Program-made: the position numbers and the translations under genes
Part shown: positions 44,343-53,323 of the stretch, in pieces
Numbering within the stretch: the stretch's first letter is position 1
Layout: each line of letters begins with the position of its first letter
Notes under the pieces: model-generated
What the model was told of the DNA's origin: nothing
What the model saw: only the letters and a program-made list of their open reading frames with translations
Databases searched by the model: none
IMG/VR virus record: IMGVR_UViG_3300042695_000799
DNA: 62,375 nucleotides
Source of the DNA: a virus
Reading direction: 5' to 3' (one strand)

Positions 44343-45232
44343 TAGAAAAGTTGGATTTCGTCGGAGGGGTCGATTTCACTTTCACCGGAGGCACCGCCGC
44401 CGGTCAGGGTGAATCTAGGGCGCGTAATTGTGGTTTCTCCGTGGCTTGGATATAAACCACTTTCGTCACACATAAGGATTTTATCAATAGCTGAACTTCT
44501 GCGTTCGCGACCAAGCTCAAGATAGTCTTTATCAACAAGAATTAACGCGCAATCGTGAGGCCATTTCCATTCGTAGGCTATAAAGCCACAGCGAGTAGGC
44601 GGCTTTTTGTGTAATAAATTAAAACCTTTTCTATAGTGATCAAGCTGAACGTCGTAACCAAGGGAGTAGGCTTGACGTTCAAATAGGCTAGGCTTGGCTG
44701 TAGCGCCTTTTTTAAGGTCAAATAATGAACCGTCCTCGGGCTCTAAGTCTGGTTTGTACTTGCACTCAATACCGTGTACTTCATCAATCCAAAAGTATGC
44801 AATCTGCGACTGGCGCTGCATTGCGAGAACAGGGCCAACGAAAGCATCTGCGCAAAGGACTTCACGGATCTTTAAAGCAATATCAAGCCATTCTTGACTA
44901 ATTACATCACGCTCGCCTACGCTATTGTTAAAATTATCCCAAAATTGAATTGCTTCAACGGTAGCGTCACTGGGCTTTTTGGCGCTAAGTTGAGTAGATG
45001 TTGGCTTCTTTGGAGCGTCGTCGGGAATGACAACGTATTTTTGGTTAAATTCTTCAGGACAAGTAATTAAACAATCAACCAGTGAGCCTTGGCGCATTGC
45101 ATCTGTTGGAATAAATGGCACACGATTAGGGTCAACGTGTTTTGCCCAATAAGACCTTGGCGTGCTAGTCGCCATGGTCTTAATACTGGTTGAACCTAGC
45201 GCGGGGTGTGCGTGGTATTCGGAGTCTTTCAT
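44342..45232 (-). CDS. PD-(D/E)XK exonuclease (RecE/Cas4-like recombination exonuclease)
   Basis: KYKPDL...LFDLKKG (D...D/ExK); partner of RecT. Confidence 0.65.
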   Translation of the reverse strand: MKDSEYHAHPALGSTSIKTMATSTPRSYWAKHVDPNRVPFIPTDAMRQGSLVDCLITCPEEFNQKYVVIPDDAPKKPTSTQLSAKKPSDATVEAIQFWDNFNNSVGERDVISQEWLDIALKIREVLCADAFVGPVLAMQRQSQIAYFWIDEVHGIECKYKPDLEPEDGSLFDLKKGATAKPSLFERQAYSLGYDVQLDHYRKGFNLLHKKPPTRCGFIAYEWKWPHDCALILVDKDYLELGRERRSSAIDKILMCDESGLYPSHGETTITRPRFTLTGGGASGESEIDPSDEIQLF

Positions 45233-45591
45233 GGCTCCACCAACCTGATCGGTGCAAGCCTGGACTTACGCTGGTCAGAAATTCCGCTAGGTAGCAGGAA
45301 CTCGCTGAGCAGGGGACCGGCTACGTCGGGCAGCCAATCAAAGTCGTCCGGGGTGCTTGCGCAACGGAATCTAAACGTACCCGAATTGTAGTAAGCACCT
45401 GAGGCGTGATGCAGTGTAAACTGAATGCCGACGTAGCCCGTTGCCTGGATAATCGGCGAGCTTACATCGGTTGTAACACTGAGGCCAAAGTCCCCCAGTT
45501 CGCGGGAAGGATCTTCCTGCCAGTTCGCAAGGGCGCGAAACAGGGCTTCTTCTCTTCGGAGATCAAGCCAGTTTCCCAAAAATCCAAGCAT
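45229..45591 (-). CDS. hypothetical protein
   Basis: ORF track; ATGA junction. Confidence 0.5.
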   Translation of the reverse strand: MLGFLGNWLDLRREEALFRALANWQEDPSRELGDFGLSVTTDVSSPIIQATGYVGIQFTLHHASGAYYNSGTFRFRCASTPDDFDWLPDVAGPLLSEFLLPSGISDQRKSRLAPIRLVEP

Positions 45592-45643
45592 GGGTGAGGC
45601 GTTTGGCGGACCCCCTTATATTCGCATGGGTGAACGCGAATTG

Positions 45644-45994
45644 TCAAGGGGCTAGAAGGGAGCTTGCATCCTCAACTGATCGAGCAATGCCCGCAATGCC
45701 GCCGTGGGCCTCAACCATGGCCAGGAAGCGCTGCTGTTGTTCCGTGGCACGGCCGGCGGGCGTCTTGACCTCAAGCGCAGTGAATACAGCTACTTGGCGG
45801 CCTACCATCTCGGGCGTGATCGTGATAGTGTGAAAACCAATTAGATCAGAACCGCCTGGGTTGCCAACGCCGTAACGAATTACTCTGCCCTCCTTCGTTT
45901 GGCACTGGCCGCAGTTATTACGCAGCAGGCGAGTAGGGCCTTTGGAGTGGGCGAGAATTATTGATTGCTGTATCGCTTGTTCGGATTGGGACAT
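45644..45994 (-). CDS. VRR-NUC domain nuclease
   Basis: GGSDLIGF...FTALEVKTPAGRATEQQQRFL. Confidence 0.75.
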   Translation of the reverse strand: MSQSEQAIQQSIILAHSKGPTRLLRNNCGQCQTKEGRVIRYGVGNPGGSDLIGFHTITITPEMVGRQVAVFTALEVKTPAGRATEQQQRFLAMVEAHGGIAGIARSVEDASSLLAP

Positions 45995-46013
45995 AGGGAA
46001 GGTTAGTCATGCG

Positions 46014-47576
46014 CTACCCCCTCACCTTCCCCATGCGTGCGCGGTGGATGTGATCGGCCCATGAGGGTTTGTAGCCTTTCATTGCGGCAACTCGTCTAAG
46101 GTCTTCAAGGGTTTGCGCTCCTGAGGATGCACGTTTGAAAGCGCCATCGTAGGGACGCAATGAGTCTAGGCGGGCGACGATTGAAGTATCCAGTCGCTCT
46201 CGGCTCATAGTGCCCCGATGAATCTCAATGGCGCCAACACGACTGCGCGATAGCAATACGTGACCGTCTTCGGGGTTGCTGGCAACATAAAACAAGCCGG
46301 GTTCAGTGGTGGTGGATACTTGATCGCCAGGGCGCATCCCTTTCGGCGCCAGTTCGGCCAGATCACCAGCAACTGTTGCAATGTCGTCAACAGGTTTGAC
46401 CTCAAACTCAGTGCCACATTCGGAGCAGACGGTAGACCCAATAGAATTAGCGGCGTAGCACACTTTACAGACTCGCAATCCTGGGGCATCTTTGGCGCGT
46501 TTTACTCTACCGTCAAGGCTCCACGGGCGCGGCGCTGTGGGTAGATCAAGCCGTACGGCATTACCAACAAAGTCTAGGATTATTGCTTTGCTGCCATCAG
46601 GCTTGGGCCTTAATACTCTGCCGCATTGCTGTAACCATAAAGCCGTCGATTGCGTTGGGCGGAGCATAAGCCCGCCAGATACGGATGGCACGTCAACTCC
46701 CTCTGAAATAAGCTCGCATTGACATAACACCTTGAGTTCACCGCTAGTTAAGTCGGCAAACAATTTATCTTGCAATGCTTTGTCGGTTTTGCCGGTAATC
46801 GCGGCTGCGGCAATGCCAGCCTGATTAAAGTCGGCGGCAACATTTTCAGCATGGGCAACCGTGCAACAGTTGGCAATTGCAGTTTTGCCGTCAAGATGCT
46901 TGCGGTACGCTTCAATGACATCGCCCATAATCGCGGGCTTGTCAAGCATCGCAGCGGAAATTTCTGGCGCGTAGTCACCGGCTCGAACTTTCAGGTTGCC
47001 ACTGATATTGACTGGCCAGGAGTGAACTACGGATTGCGCTAGGAAGCCGTTATCAGTAAGCCATTTCGCATCGGGGCCAAGCACTAATTCTTGCATGTAG
47101 CCGCCCTTGCCTTCGCCCAATCCTTTGCCGTCAAGGCGCTCGGGAGTTGCGGTAAATCCAATAAGGTAGGCATCGGGGAATGCGTCAACCACCTTGCCCC
47201 ATTTATTATTGCAAGTTAAGTGGTGGGCTTCGTCAACAATGATTAGATCAGGTGCAGGATAATCTTGTAGCCTGCGAACAACAGTGTCAACGCTGCCGAC
47301 TTGTACTTTGTGGTCGGTTTGTGGCTTACCTGATTGGATAATGCCGTGCTTGATGTTCCATCCGGCTACGGTTTTGCTGAGTTGTTGAATCAGTTTGCGG
47401 CGATGGGCAAGGATCCAAACGGTTTTGTTTTTAATGTCTGCATCGGCGGCGATTGAGGATAGGATTGCGGACTTGCCGCCGCCGGTTGGTAAAACGACGC
47501 AGATTCTCCGCGCTCGGGTTATTGCTAAGCGTGTATCCGCTTTCAGGGTTTGTTGGTAGGGGCGGAGGGTGATCAC
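46014..47576 (-). CDS. SF2 DEAH-box DNA helicase with a C-terminal zinc ribbon
   Basis: LPTGGGKS, IIVDEAHH, GFTATPER, QQCGRVLR; CKVCY...CSECG. Confidence 0.85.
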   Translation of the reverse strand: MITLRPYQQTLKADTRLAITRARRICVVLPTGGGKSAILSSIAADADIKNKTVWILAHRRKLIQQLSKTVAGWNIKHGIIQSGKPQTDHKVQVGSVDTVVRRLQDYPAPDLIIVDEAHHLTCNNKWGKVVDAFPDAYLIGFTATPERLDGKGLGEGKGGYMQELVLGPDAKWLTDNGFLAQSVVHSWPVNISGNLKVRAGDYAPEISAAMLDKPAIMGDVIEAYRKHLDGKTAIANCCTVAHAENVAADFNQAGIAAAAITGKTDKALQDKLFADLTSGELKVLCQCELISEGVDVPSVSGGLMLRPTQSTALWLQQCGRVLRPKPDGSKAIILDFVGNAVRLDLPTAPRPWSLDGRVKRAKDAPGLRVCKVCYAANSIGSTVCSECGTEFEVKPVDDIATVAGDLAELAPKGMRPGDQVSTTTEPGLFYVASNPEDGHVLLSRSRVGAIEIHRGTMSRERLDTSIVARLDSLRPYDGAFKRASSGAQTLEDLRRVAAMKGYKPSWADHIHRARMGKVRG

Positions 47577-47866
47577 GATAAGCGTTGAATGTAAGAGGGC
47601 AGTTCATCATCGGGATAACCGTCCAATACGTCAAGCAGGGTGTAATCGGCTAGGTAAACTTTACTTGTAACATGGCCGGTCATACTGTAACGATTTGGCC
47701 AACCCATTCTTTCCAAGCAGACTTCTATTTTACGAAATTGCTGCACGCAATCTAGGCTTACGCTAGGTCCGGTGTAAAGCGGGATGCAAAAACGATTGCC
47801 TTCAATGTTGAGCTTGAATATGTATCGAAGATCGCCGGTCGAGGCGTCAAACGCTGGGATGTTCAT
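47573..47866 (-). CDS. hypothetical protein
   Basis: ORF track; ATGA junctions on both sides. Confidence 0.5.
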   Translation of the reverse strand: MNIPAFDASTGDLRYIFKLNIEGNRFCIPLYTGPSVSLDCVQQFRKIEVCLERMGWPNRYSMTGHVTSKVYLADYTLLDVLDGYPDDELPSYIQRLS

Positions 47867-48438
47867 GGTTTACAACCCCAAAGGATCGCGTCAATCTTAG
47901 CATGTAATTCGGCAACGGTGCCATCGTTGGTCAATTCATGGTCAACCGCAACGTCGTCGAGTTCGCCTTCAGAGGTGTGAGAGCTGGTAACTTTGGCGGA
48001 CTGGCGGGTGATGCGCCATACCTGGGCGCCGGGGATGGATTTGATTGTTTTGTATTCATTCAAAAATCGGCAGTCATCGGTTACAACGTATTTGTAGTTT
48101 TGCGCGGTGGCTTCCCATGCCGCGATCCAGACTTGATCGTGAACACAATTGCGGCCCCATTCGGTTCCAAGGTATTGCATCAACTTGCGTGCTGTTGGAG
48201 CACCTGGCACTCGTAGGATGGGAGCTTCCTTGCCGTCTTGCAGAAGGTAAGCGATGTCTTTCGGCAAAACATTAAATGAGCGTAAAAACGCTGTTACCAT
48301 ATCCCGCATAGGTTCGGCAAGCGGAACTATCGCGTACCCCCAGTAGTCGGATAAGTGGCGAGCAACGGTAGTTTTTCCGCTGCCCATTGCTGGGGCAATT
48401 AGGGCTATGGCTGGGGGGCGGAAGTCAGTCATTAGCAA
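47863..48438 (-). CDS. deoxynucleoside monophosphate kinase
   Basis: P-loop APAMGSGKTTVA; LGTEWGR; VVTDDCRFLNE; HTSEGEL. Confidence 0.7.
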   Translation of the reverse strand: MLMTDFRPPAIALIAPAMGSGKTTVARHLSDYWGYAIVPLAEPMRDMVTAFLRSFNVLPKDIAYLLQDGKEAPILRVPGAPTARKLMQYLGTEWGRNCVHDQVWIAAWEATAQNYKYVVTDDCRFLNEYKTIKSIPGAQVWRITRQSAKVTSSHTSEGELDDVAVDHELTNDGTVAELHAKIDAILWGCKP

Positions 48439-48862
48439 TTACCACACACAAGAGTCTGTGTTTCCACGTAAAGCGTATAGCGCCCAGGGCTGCCCTCCAC
48501 CACCTCACACGCCAGGCGGTTCCACGGGGCCGCTTTTTTGTGGCTGTTGGCTGGGTGGTGACCGGCCTCAGTGCATAGTTGCAGCTAAAATCAATGCCAG
48601 ATCCCCAATAATCGCCGTTTTCATCGCAGCGATCTTCGTCTAGCTCACCTTCTGGGTGCTTTACGTCTACTTGAGTTGCTTTAGCCGTGACGGTGAAAGC
48701 AACAACGCCTTCCACTTCGTCCCGCCATGTGTCGTCTAAATAACCTTGAATTGCCTCTTTGGCGGCCTCGTCGCGTTCTTTTTCGGTGGCGTAGAACGTA
48801 GGGCCACAACCCTCGGGGTCGTAAAGACCGTAGATGTGGTCTTTGTCTGGGGTGTTTTTCAT
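48425..48862 (-). CDS. hypothetical protein (C-terminal about 45 aa look non-native)
   Basis: ORF track; the 3' end overlaps the kinase start. Confidence 0.4.
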   Translation of the reverse strand: MKNTPDKDHIYGLYDPEGCGPTFYATEKERDEAAKEAIQGYLDDTWRDEVEGVVAFTVTAKATQVDVKHPEGELDEDRCDENGDYWGSGIDFSCNYALRPVTTQPTATKKRPRGTAWRVRWWRAALGAIRFTWKHRLLCVVIAND

Positions 48863-48864
48863 GG

Positions 48865-49119
48865 TTAAGCTGCGTTAAAACTTGCCAGCACTACGCCCTG
48901 AGGAACCCCAGAGGCGGCGGTGCCAATCAGCTCAACAGTTACTTCGTCAATGGTTTGGCACCAAGACGTGTAGTTACCTGGCCATGTGCTAGGTAGATCT
49001 TCTTCGTCGCCGCTAGGGTGGATAACTCTAGCGGCTGCTTCGTTTTCTGCGCAAACTATGGCGGCGTTGTAAACGTCATAGCTGCAATTGCTGGTTTGGC
49101 TGATTTTGTAGAGATTCAT
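48865..49119 (-). CDS. hypothetical protein (start MNLYKISQ)
   Basis: Internal ATG avoids overlap with the upstream gene; MNLYKISQ...YDVYNAAIVCAENEAAAR resembles a common small phage family. Confidence 0.5.
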   Translation of the reverse strand: MNLYKISQTSNCSYDVYNAAIVCAENEAAARVIHPSGDEEDLPSTWPGNYTSWCQTIDEVTVELIGTAASGVPQGVVLASFNAA

Positions 49120-49144
49120 GGTTGGGGTGGGGTGGGGTGGGAGG

Positions 49145-49363
49145 TCAAGCGACAGCCGGTTCGTGATGCACGCACCCAAAGTCAGGGCCGGTCCAGAAGC
49201 TGCCGCCTTCGCTATAGGCATACACAAGCATGTCGGCGCCGCGCCTTTGGCCCCAATCCTCAGTTAGCTTGTCGCTGCGGCAGATGCCGCCAGCTCTTGT
49301 GTCTTCATTGCAAGGGTCTATAGCGCATGGTTCCCAGCGTTCGCAGGTTTTGCAGCGATTCAT
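49145..49363 (-). CDS. small Cys-rich protein
   Basis: CKTCERWEPC...C...C; ATGA junction upstream. Confidence 0.5.
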   Translation of the reverse strand: MNRCKTCERWEPCAIDPCNEDTRAGGICRSDKLTEDWGQRRGADMLVYAYSEGGSFWTGPDFGCVHHEPAVA

Positions 49364-49872
49364 GGTTGGTGGCTAGGGGATGATGGGCGAGCTGGGAACA
49401 CCACTGAGGGCGGATTGGCGAGTCGAGCCTGTTTCAGGCTGTCGAGCAGTGCTGCCCGGCTGCTCAGTAACAGCAGGATGAGATCAGCCTGTGACATCCC
49501 GGACCCGAATGCGTCATAGGCCAGTTTGTCGGTGTTGAGATAGTCGCCCAGCATCTCCGGCGTGAGCGGTAACGAGGGCTCTGCTCCTTTCTTCGGCACC
49601 GGGCTGTAGAGCTGTCCGAGTGTGACGCGCTGGTCGGGCCCCTGCTGCCTGAGCCAATCGACAACCTCCATGGATACACGCTCTGCAGTTACATCGATGT
49701 ACGCACACTCAAGCCGCAAGGTGGCGCAGGGAGACCCAGCTTCAAAGTCAACTGAATGCACTCGGAGCAGAGGCTCACCGCTCAGCCGAACCGGCTGCTG
49801 AGGTTGTCCGATATGCCAGCGGGTCGCGGAGTCGTCGTCTCCAATCAAGCGAAATTGGGCCATGGGAAGCAT
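49360..49872 (-). CDS. hypothetical protein
   Basis: ORF track. Confidence 0.5.
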   Translation of the reverse strand: MLPMAQFRLIGDDDSATRWHIGQPQQPVRLSGEPLLRVHSVDFEAGSPCATLRLECAYIDVTAERVSMEVVDWLRQQGPDQRVTLGQLYSPVPKKGAEPSLPLTPEMLGDYLNTDKLAYDAFGSGMSQADLILLLLSSRAALLDSLKQARLANPPSVVFPARPSSPSHQP

Positions 49873-49923
49873 GTGATGGGGAGATGTGCCGGATGGGCTC
49901 CGGCGTGGCGTGGTGTTGGTTGT

Positions 49924-50232
49924 TCATGGTTGGTCGGGGGTGGGATAAGCATTGACCCAGGGGTAGCGCTCTCGCCATTCGCGACGGAGCTGTTGCTTGG
50001 ATAAACGAAGGCTCCAAGACAAAGCTGCCCTTCGGTGGTGATCAAGTGGTTCACTCTTTAAGTGAAACACCCTATGGCACAGCGTTTTTTTCCCAAGCGC
50101 ATTGCCGTAGAAAAGCCACCAAGTAATAAACTCGTCTCCAATTAACGCAGTCTTTGCCCAACTGAAAATGGGTCGGTGCGGGTCGGTGCGATTACGAGGA
50201 AACACTTGATCTTTGACTTGTTCGTTTTTCAT
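49924..50232 (-). CDS. hypothetical protein
   Basis: ORF track. Confidence 0.45.
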   Translation of the reverse strand: MKNEQVKDQVFPRNRTDPHRPIFSWAKTALIGDEFITWWLFYGNALGKKTLCHRVFHLKSEPLDHHRRAALSWSLRLSKQQLRREWRERYPWVNAYPTPDQP

Positions 50233-50237
50233 GGCAA

Positions 50238-50786
50238 TTAAAAAGCGTGCTTGAGTTTAACAAGATCAGAGCTGTAGCCAGCCTGATAAAATGATTCAGG
50301 CTTGCGAAGCATCAAGCCTTCGCCGCCGCGATCCTTGACCTCCTTAAGAGTGGCAACCATGTCATCAACTGATTTGATTCGCTTGTATGGCGCGCATTCA
50401 ATGCGGTCAAAGTCGGCGTCCTGCACGGCGGCGTGGGCTTGCTCAATGCGCAATTCCCACGGGCACTCAGTGTCCTCAGTAGAATCAAAAACAATAATTC
50501 TCATGCTTGGCGTAACATGCCTAAGGCCAAAGCGGGCAACACTGGCGCAGCGGCGTTCGCCGTCAATGCCGTCGTAAAGCTCACAGTCAAGCGCAATGAT
50601 TGGCATGGATTCGTACCAATCGTCTGGCAACAAAATCTCATAGCCTTGACGGCTCCAAGCGTGTTTGCCGTCCCAATAAAGACGAACTCCACGGTACTTC
50701 TCTTGGCAGTACCAGTCAACGTATTGGCTTAGGTCGTCAAGATCGGCGTCGGTGCCGTGCATTAAAGAAAACATTGTGTTAAGCAA
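50238..50786 (-). CDS. ATP-dependent ligase-like nucleotidyltransferase domain protein (182 aa, no OB domain)
   Basis: Motif I-like EKYRGVR, III-like LDCELY, IV-like EGLMLRK, V-like LVKLK at the extreme C-terminus. Confidence 0.55.
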   Translation of the reverse strand: MLNTMFSLMHGTDADLDDLSQYVDWYCQEKYRGVRLYWDGKHAWSRQGYEILLPDDWYESMPIIALDCELYDGIDGERRCASVARFGLRHVTPSMRIIVFDSTEDTECPWELRIEQAHAAVQDADFDRIECAPYKRIKSVDDMVATLKEVKDRGGEGLMLRKPESFYQAGYSSDLVKLKHAF

Positions 50787-50809
50787 AACACGGTGTTAAG
50801 TGGAATATG

Positions 50810-51097
50810 TCAGCCGATCTTTGCATACCTATGGGTTTCAAAGATGCGGGCTAACGCTTGCACTTGCTCGTGACTATCGAGGATGATCTCTTTAATTGAA
50901 TCGCCTCTTGCGATTGTGATGCGGAGACCTCCGGGCGATAGTGACGCTCTGGCAATGCTGCCATCTTGGGACGCGCCTAAATTGGCTTCTATGGTCACTT
51001 CTTGGAGTTTGGCCATGTCGTGATTCAATGCAGTGTGAAACAAAAGTCGCCTTGCGGGCGATGCGTAAATCGTAGAGCCAATGGGCCAGGGTGTCAA
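50810..51097 (-). CDS. hypothetical protein
   Basis: ORF track; ATGA junction. Confidence 0.45.
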   Translation of the reverse strand: MTPWPIGSTIYASPARRLLFHTALNHDMAKLQEVTIEANLGASQDGSIARASLSPGGLRITIARGDSIKEIILDSHEQVQALARIFETHRYAKIG

Positions 51098-51522
51098 CCC
51101 TTGGCTCGCTCCATCATGGCATCGGCGCTGGCCCTGCCGACCTCTTTGGCGACCAAATCAAAAAACCGCTCTTGACGATCAACGCCGCGCAGTTTGTCTT
51201 CAATTTCCGCTTGCTGTCGATAAGCACGACGCACGCTGTATTTATGCTTCATCGGAATACGCCGCGGGTCGCTATCGGAAAGCTCTTCGTAGTCTTCCCT
51301 CAAGTATCTGCAGCTAATCTCCGCTTCAATGATCAGGCGACTTAGATCGGCGTCGGAAAGGTCGGGGAGTTCATCAACAAAGACGCTTTTCTTTAATACG
51401 TCACTGTAAAAAACTAGTTTATTTTGCCGAACGTAGTCAAGGTGCATTGTGTTTAACATGAAGTGTTGCGGGGGTATTGTAGCATGGGTTAAATGTCGGG
51501 GAGGGATTCGATCTCGGTCCAC
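51094..51522 (-). CDS. hypothetical protein (alternative start 51459)
   Basis: ORF track. Confidence 0.45.
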   Translation of the reverse strand: MDRDRIPPRHLTHATIPPQHFMLNTMHLDYVRQNKLVFYSDVLKKSVFVDELPDLSDADLSRLIIEAEISCRYLREDYEELSDSDPRRIPMKHKYSVRRAYRQQAEIEDKLRGVDRQERFFDLVAKEVGRASADAMMERAKG

Positions 51523-51674
51523 CTCTCGCCTTGGTACTTACGCCAAGCGCGGCCTTCTTCGCAAATGGCGATAAGAACGTAAAAGGGATCGCCGTTTTTT
51601 GGTGATAGGCTTGCTTGCGTGATGCTTTTGAAGTGGCGGCGGCGGGGTGAGGGGGTGGGCTTCACTGTGGACAT
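51489..51674 (-). CDS. hypothetical protein (start MSTVKPTP)
   Basis: Internal ATG placed 11 nt after the stop of the 51686 gene. Confidence 0.4.
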   Translation of the reverse strand: MSTVKPTPSPRRRHFKSITQASLSPKNGDPFYVLIAICEEGRAWRKYQGERWTEIESLPDI

Positions 51675-51685
51675 CAGAGTGTTTG

Positions 51686-51907
51686 TTACCAGAGCCACCG
51701 GCTTACCAGTCGCCGCTCCATTTTGGATCTGACAAGTGTGGGCCAGCAAGGTCGCCGGGGAATGCCGGTAGGAACATCCTTCCAGTTGCAGTGAACGCAA
51801 AGTTGCCCGGTTACTTGTTCTTGTTCCAGTGTGTTGCGAATCAACACATCACCAACATAATTGCCGTCTTGACTTGTTGGTAGCCTGTCGTAGATCCAGG
51901 TTGTCAC
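51686..51907 (-). CDS. DUF551-like small protein
   Basis: WIYDRLPTSQDGNYVGDVLI...NWKDVPTGIP. Confidence 0.45.
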   Translation of the reverse strand: MTTWIYDRLPTSQDGNYVGDVLIRNTLEQEQVTGQLCVHCNWKDVPTGIPRRPCWPTLVRSKMERRLVSRWLW

Positions 51908-52293
51908 GCTTCTACCTCCTTAGCAGATAGCTCAAAGATGTATGCCTCAAGGCAAGCATTCAAAAACACCAAGCCGGCCAAGAAAAAATTACCGTGTGCA
52001 GCAAGTGCTACGACAAGCGCAAAACAAGTAATTCTAAATAAAACGGCAGGAACCGACCTGCCTTTTTTGCCAAGCTCAAGGCGGGCGGGCGAGTTAAATG
52101 CAATTAACAAATAACAGACAAACCCAAACACGATCCAGAATCGCGTGAGGTTTTCGGCCCATTGAATTCCCTGGAATAGCCAAAGATAGGCAACCCCAAG
52201 CTGAAGCGTGTTCCAAAAGATCCAACTAAGAACGCGACGGAATTTAGCCATGATTAAAAAGAATTGCAAAGCTGCGGAACGGGGGCCAGTCAA
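51904..52293 (-). CDS. multi-pass membrane protein
   Basis: Several hydrophobic spans (LQLGVAYLWLF, FWIVFGFVCYLLIAF, ITCFALVVALAA, FFLAGLVFLNA). Confidence 0.55.
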   Translation of the reverse strand: MTGPRSAALQFFLIMAKFRRVLSWIFWNTLQLGVAYLWLFQGIQWAENLTRFWIVFGFVCYLLIAFNSPARLELGKKGRSVPAVLFRITCFALVVALAAHGNFFLAGLVFLNACLEAYIFELSAKEVEA

Positions 52294-52317
52294 GCGGGGT
52301 GGCTGGGCGGGTTAAGT

Positions 52318-52872
52318 TTAGCATGTTGCCTCCAGTAACTCAATGGCGGATTGCAGTGTGTCATGGTCGGGGTATTTGCCGTCGCGCATTGCTTCCTTGA
52401 GATCGCGGATAGTTAGCGTCTTTTTGTCAATTGGGGTGGGCTTCCAGTTTGGTGTGTGCGCCCAGCCAGCGCCAGCGGGTAGGCAGTAACTGCCACCAAC
52501 CCAAACGCGCGTGGACCATGATCCATCTTCCAAATACTGAATCAAGCCGTTATCATCACCATCCTCTTTGGTCGGCAGCCGATCCGTGATTGGCTCAGGC
52601 CAAGAGTCGGCGAGGGTGAAGCGTTTATTGTTATAGGTGATTGCAACAACTTCGTTAGTGGTGGTAGATACGGCGTAGGCGTGCTGGTAGTACTGTTTGC
52701 CGTTGATGGCGATTTTCGCGGGCTCCCTCCAGGAGAAATCGCTTAACTCAAGAGTGCCAAGGTGGTATTTCCAGGAAAAGGGAAAGGTGGTGGTGTCCAT
52801 TTCGGGTTTTGGGTTAATTGGGATGTCTACGAATGTCATATTCGGTTTCAATGCCGATACAATAACTTCCAT
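52318..52872 (-). CDS. hypothetical protein with a C-terminal DUF551-like module (start uncertain; alternatives 52839 and 52800)
   Basis: ITDRLPTKEDGDDNGLIQYLEDGSW...GWAHTPNWKPTP. Confidence 0.5.
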   Translation of the reverse strand: MEVIVSALKPNMTFVDIPINPKPEMDTTTFPFSWKYHLGTLELSDFSWREPAKIAINGKQYYQHAYAVSTTTNEVVAITYNNKRFTLADSWPEPITDRLPTKEDGDDNGLIQYLEDGSWSTRVWVGGSYCLPAGAGWAHTPNWKPTPIDKKTLTIRDLKEAMRDGKYPDHDTLQSAIELLEATC

Positions 52873-53008
52873 CGGGGTTATACCAGTTGTTTTCTTTTTT
52901 CAGCCGAATGGGTATGGTGGATCTATCATTTTGGGCAACAGTATCAATACTGCCATTCCTAAGGCGCACCATGTCGCCTGGTTTTAAGTTTGTGCAGTCG
53001 ATGGTCAT
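52814..53008 (-). CDS. hypothetical protein
   Basis: ORF track; ATGA junction upstream. Confidence 0.4.
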   Translation of the reverse strand: MTIDCTNLKPGDMVRLRNGSIDTVAQNDRSTIPIRLKKENNWYNPDGSYCIGIETEYDIRRHPN

Positions 53009-53286
53009 AGCGATTTCCGCGATTTATTGAGTTTGCTGTGCAGGGTCCACTCTTCTCCCTGCATTAGGCGGGCGGCTCCACGAACAATAGAAACCGGGCG
53101 AGGGCTTAGCTCGATTTGCATTTTTTCAAAAACGCGGCCGGTGTCGTCGGAGACGCGCCAGCATGGAAACACAACGCCGTTTTCGGCAACGCGCATGATG
53201 GATTCAATTAACTTGACACGGTAATCAGGTGTAGCGGGGCGCACAAAAGCGATGTCGCCTGGACTGAAGCGGAGGGTGGGGGTCAC
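53005..53286 (-). CDS. hypothetical protein
   Basis: ORF track. Confidence 0.45.
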   Translation of the reverse strand: MTPTLRFSPGDIAFVRPATPDYRVKLIESIMRVAENGVVFPCWRVSDDTGRVFEKMQIELSPRPVSIVRGAARLMQGEEWTLHSKLNKSRKSL

Positions 53287-53323
53287 GGGGGTTGGAGCAA
53301 GTGGGTTAGGCGGTAAAACTAAA

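Noticed and set aside
45592-45643. Internal promoter in the gap between VRR-NUC and the next gene (minus-strand TTGACA ... AATATAAG)
   Set aside because: The spacing between TTGACA and any acceptable -10 hexamer is 18-21 nt with poor hexamers. The ATTCGC-10 nt-GCGAAT hairpin there is short. The evidence is too weak to call.
51489-51907. Apparent 115-nt overlap of two minus-strand ORFs, considered as a frameshifted DUF551 pseudogene or a programmed frameshift
   Set aside because: An internal ATG at 51674 resolves the overlap with an 11-nt spacer. I found no slippery heptamer, and the downstream frame does not continue the DUF551 pattern convincingly.
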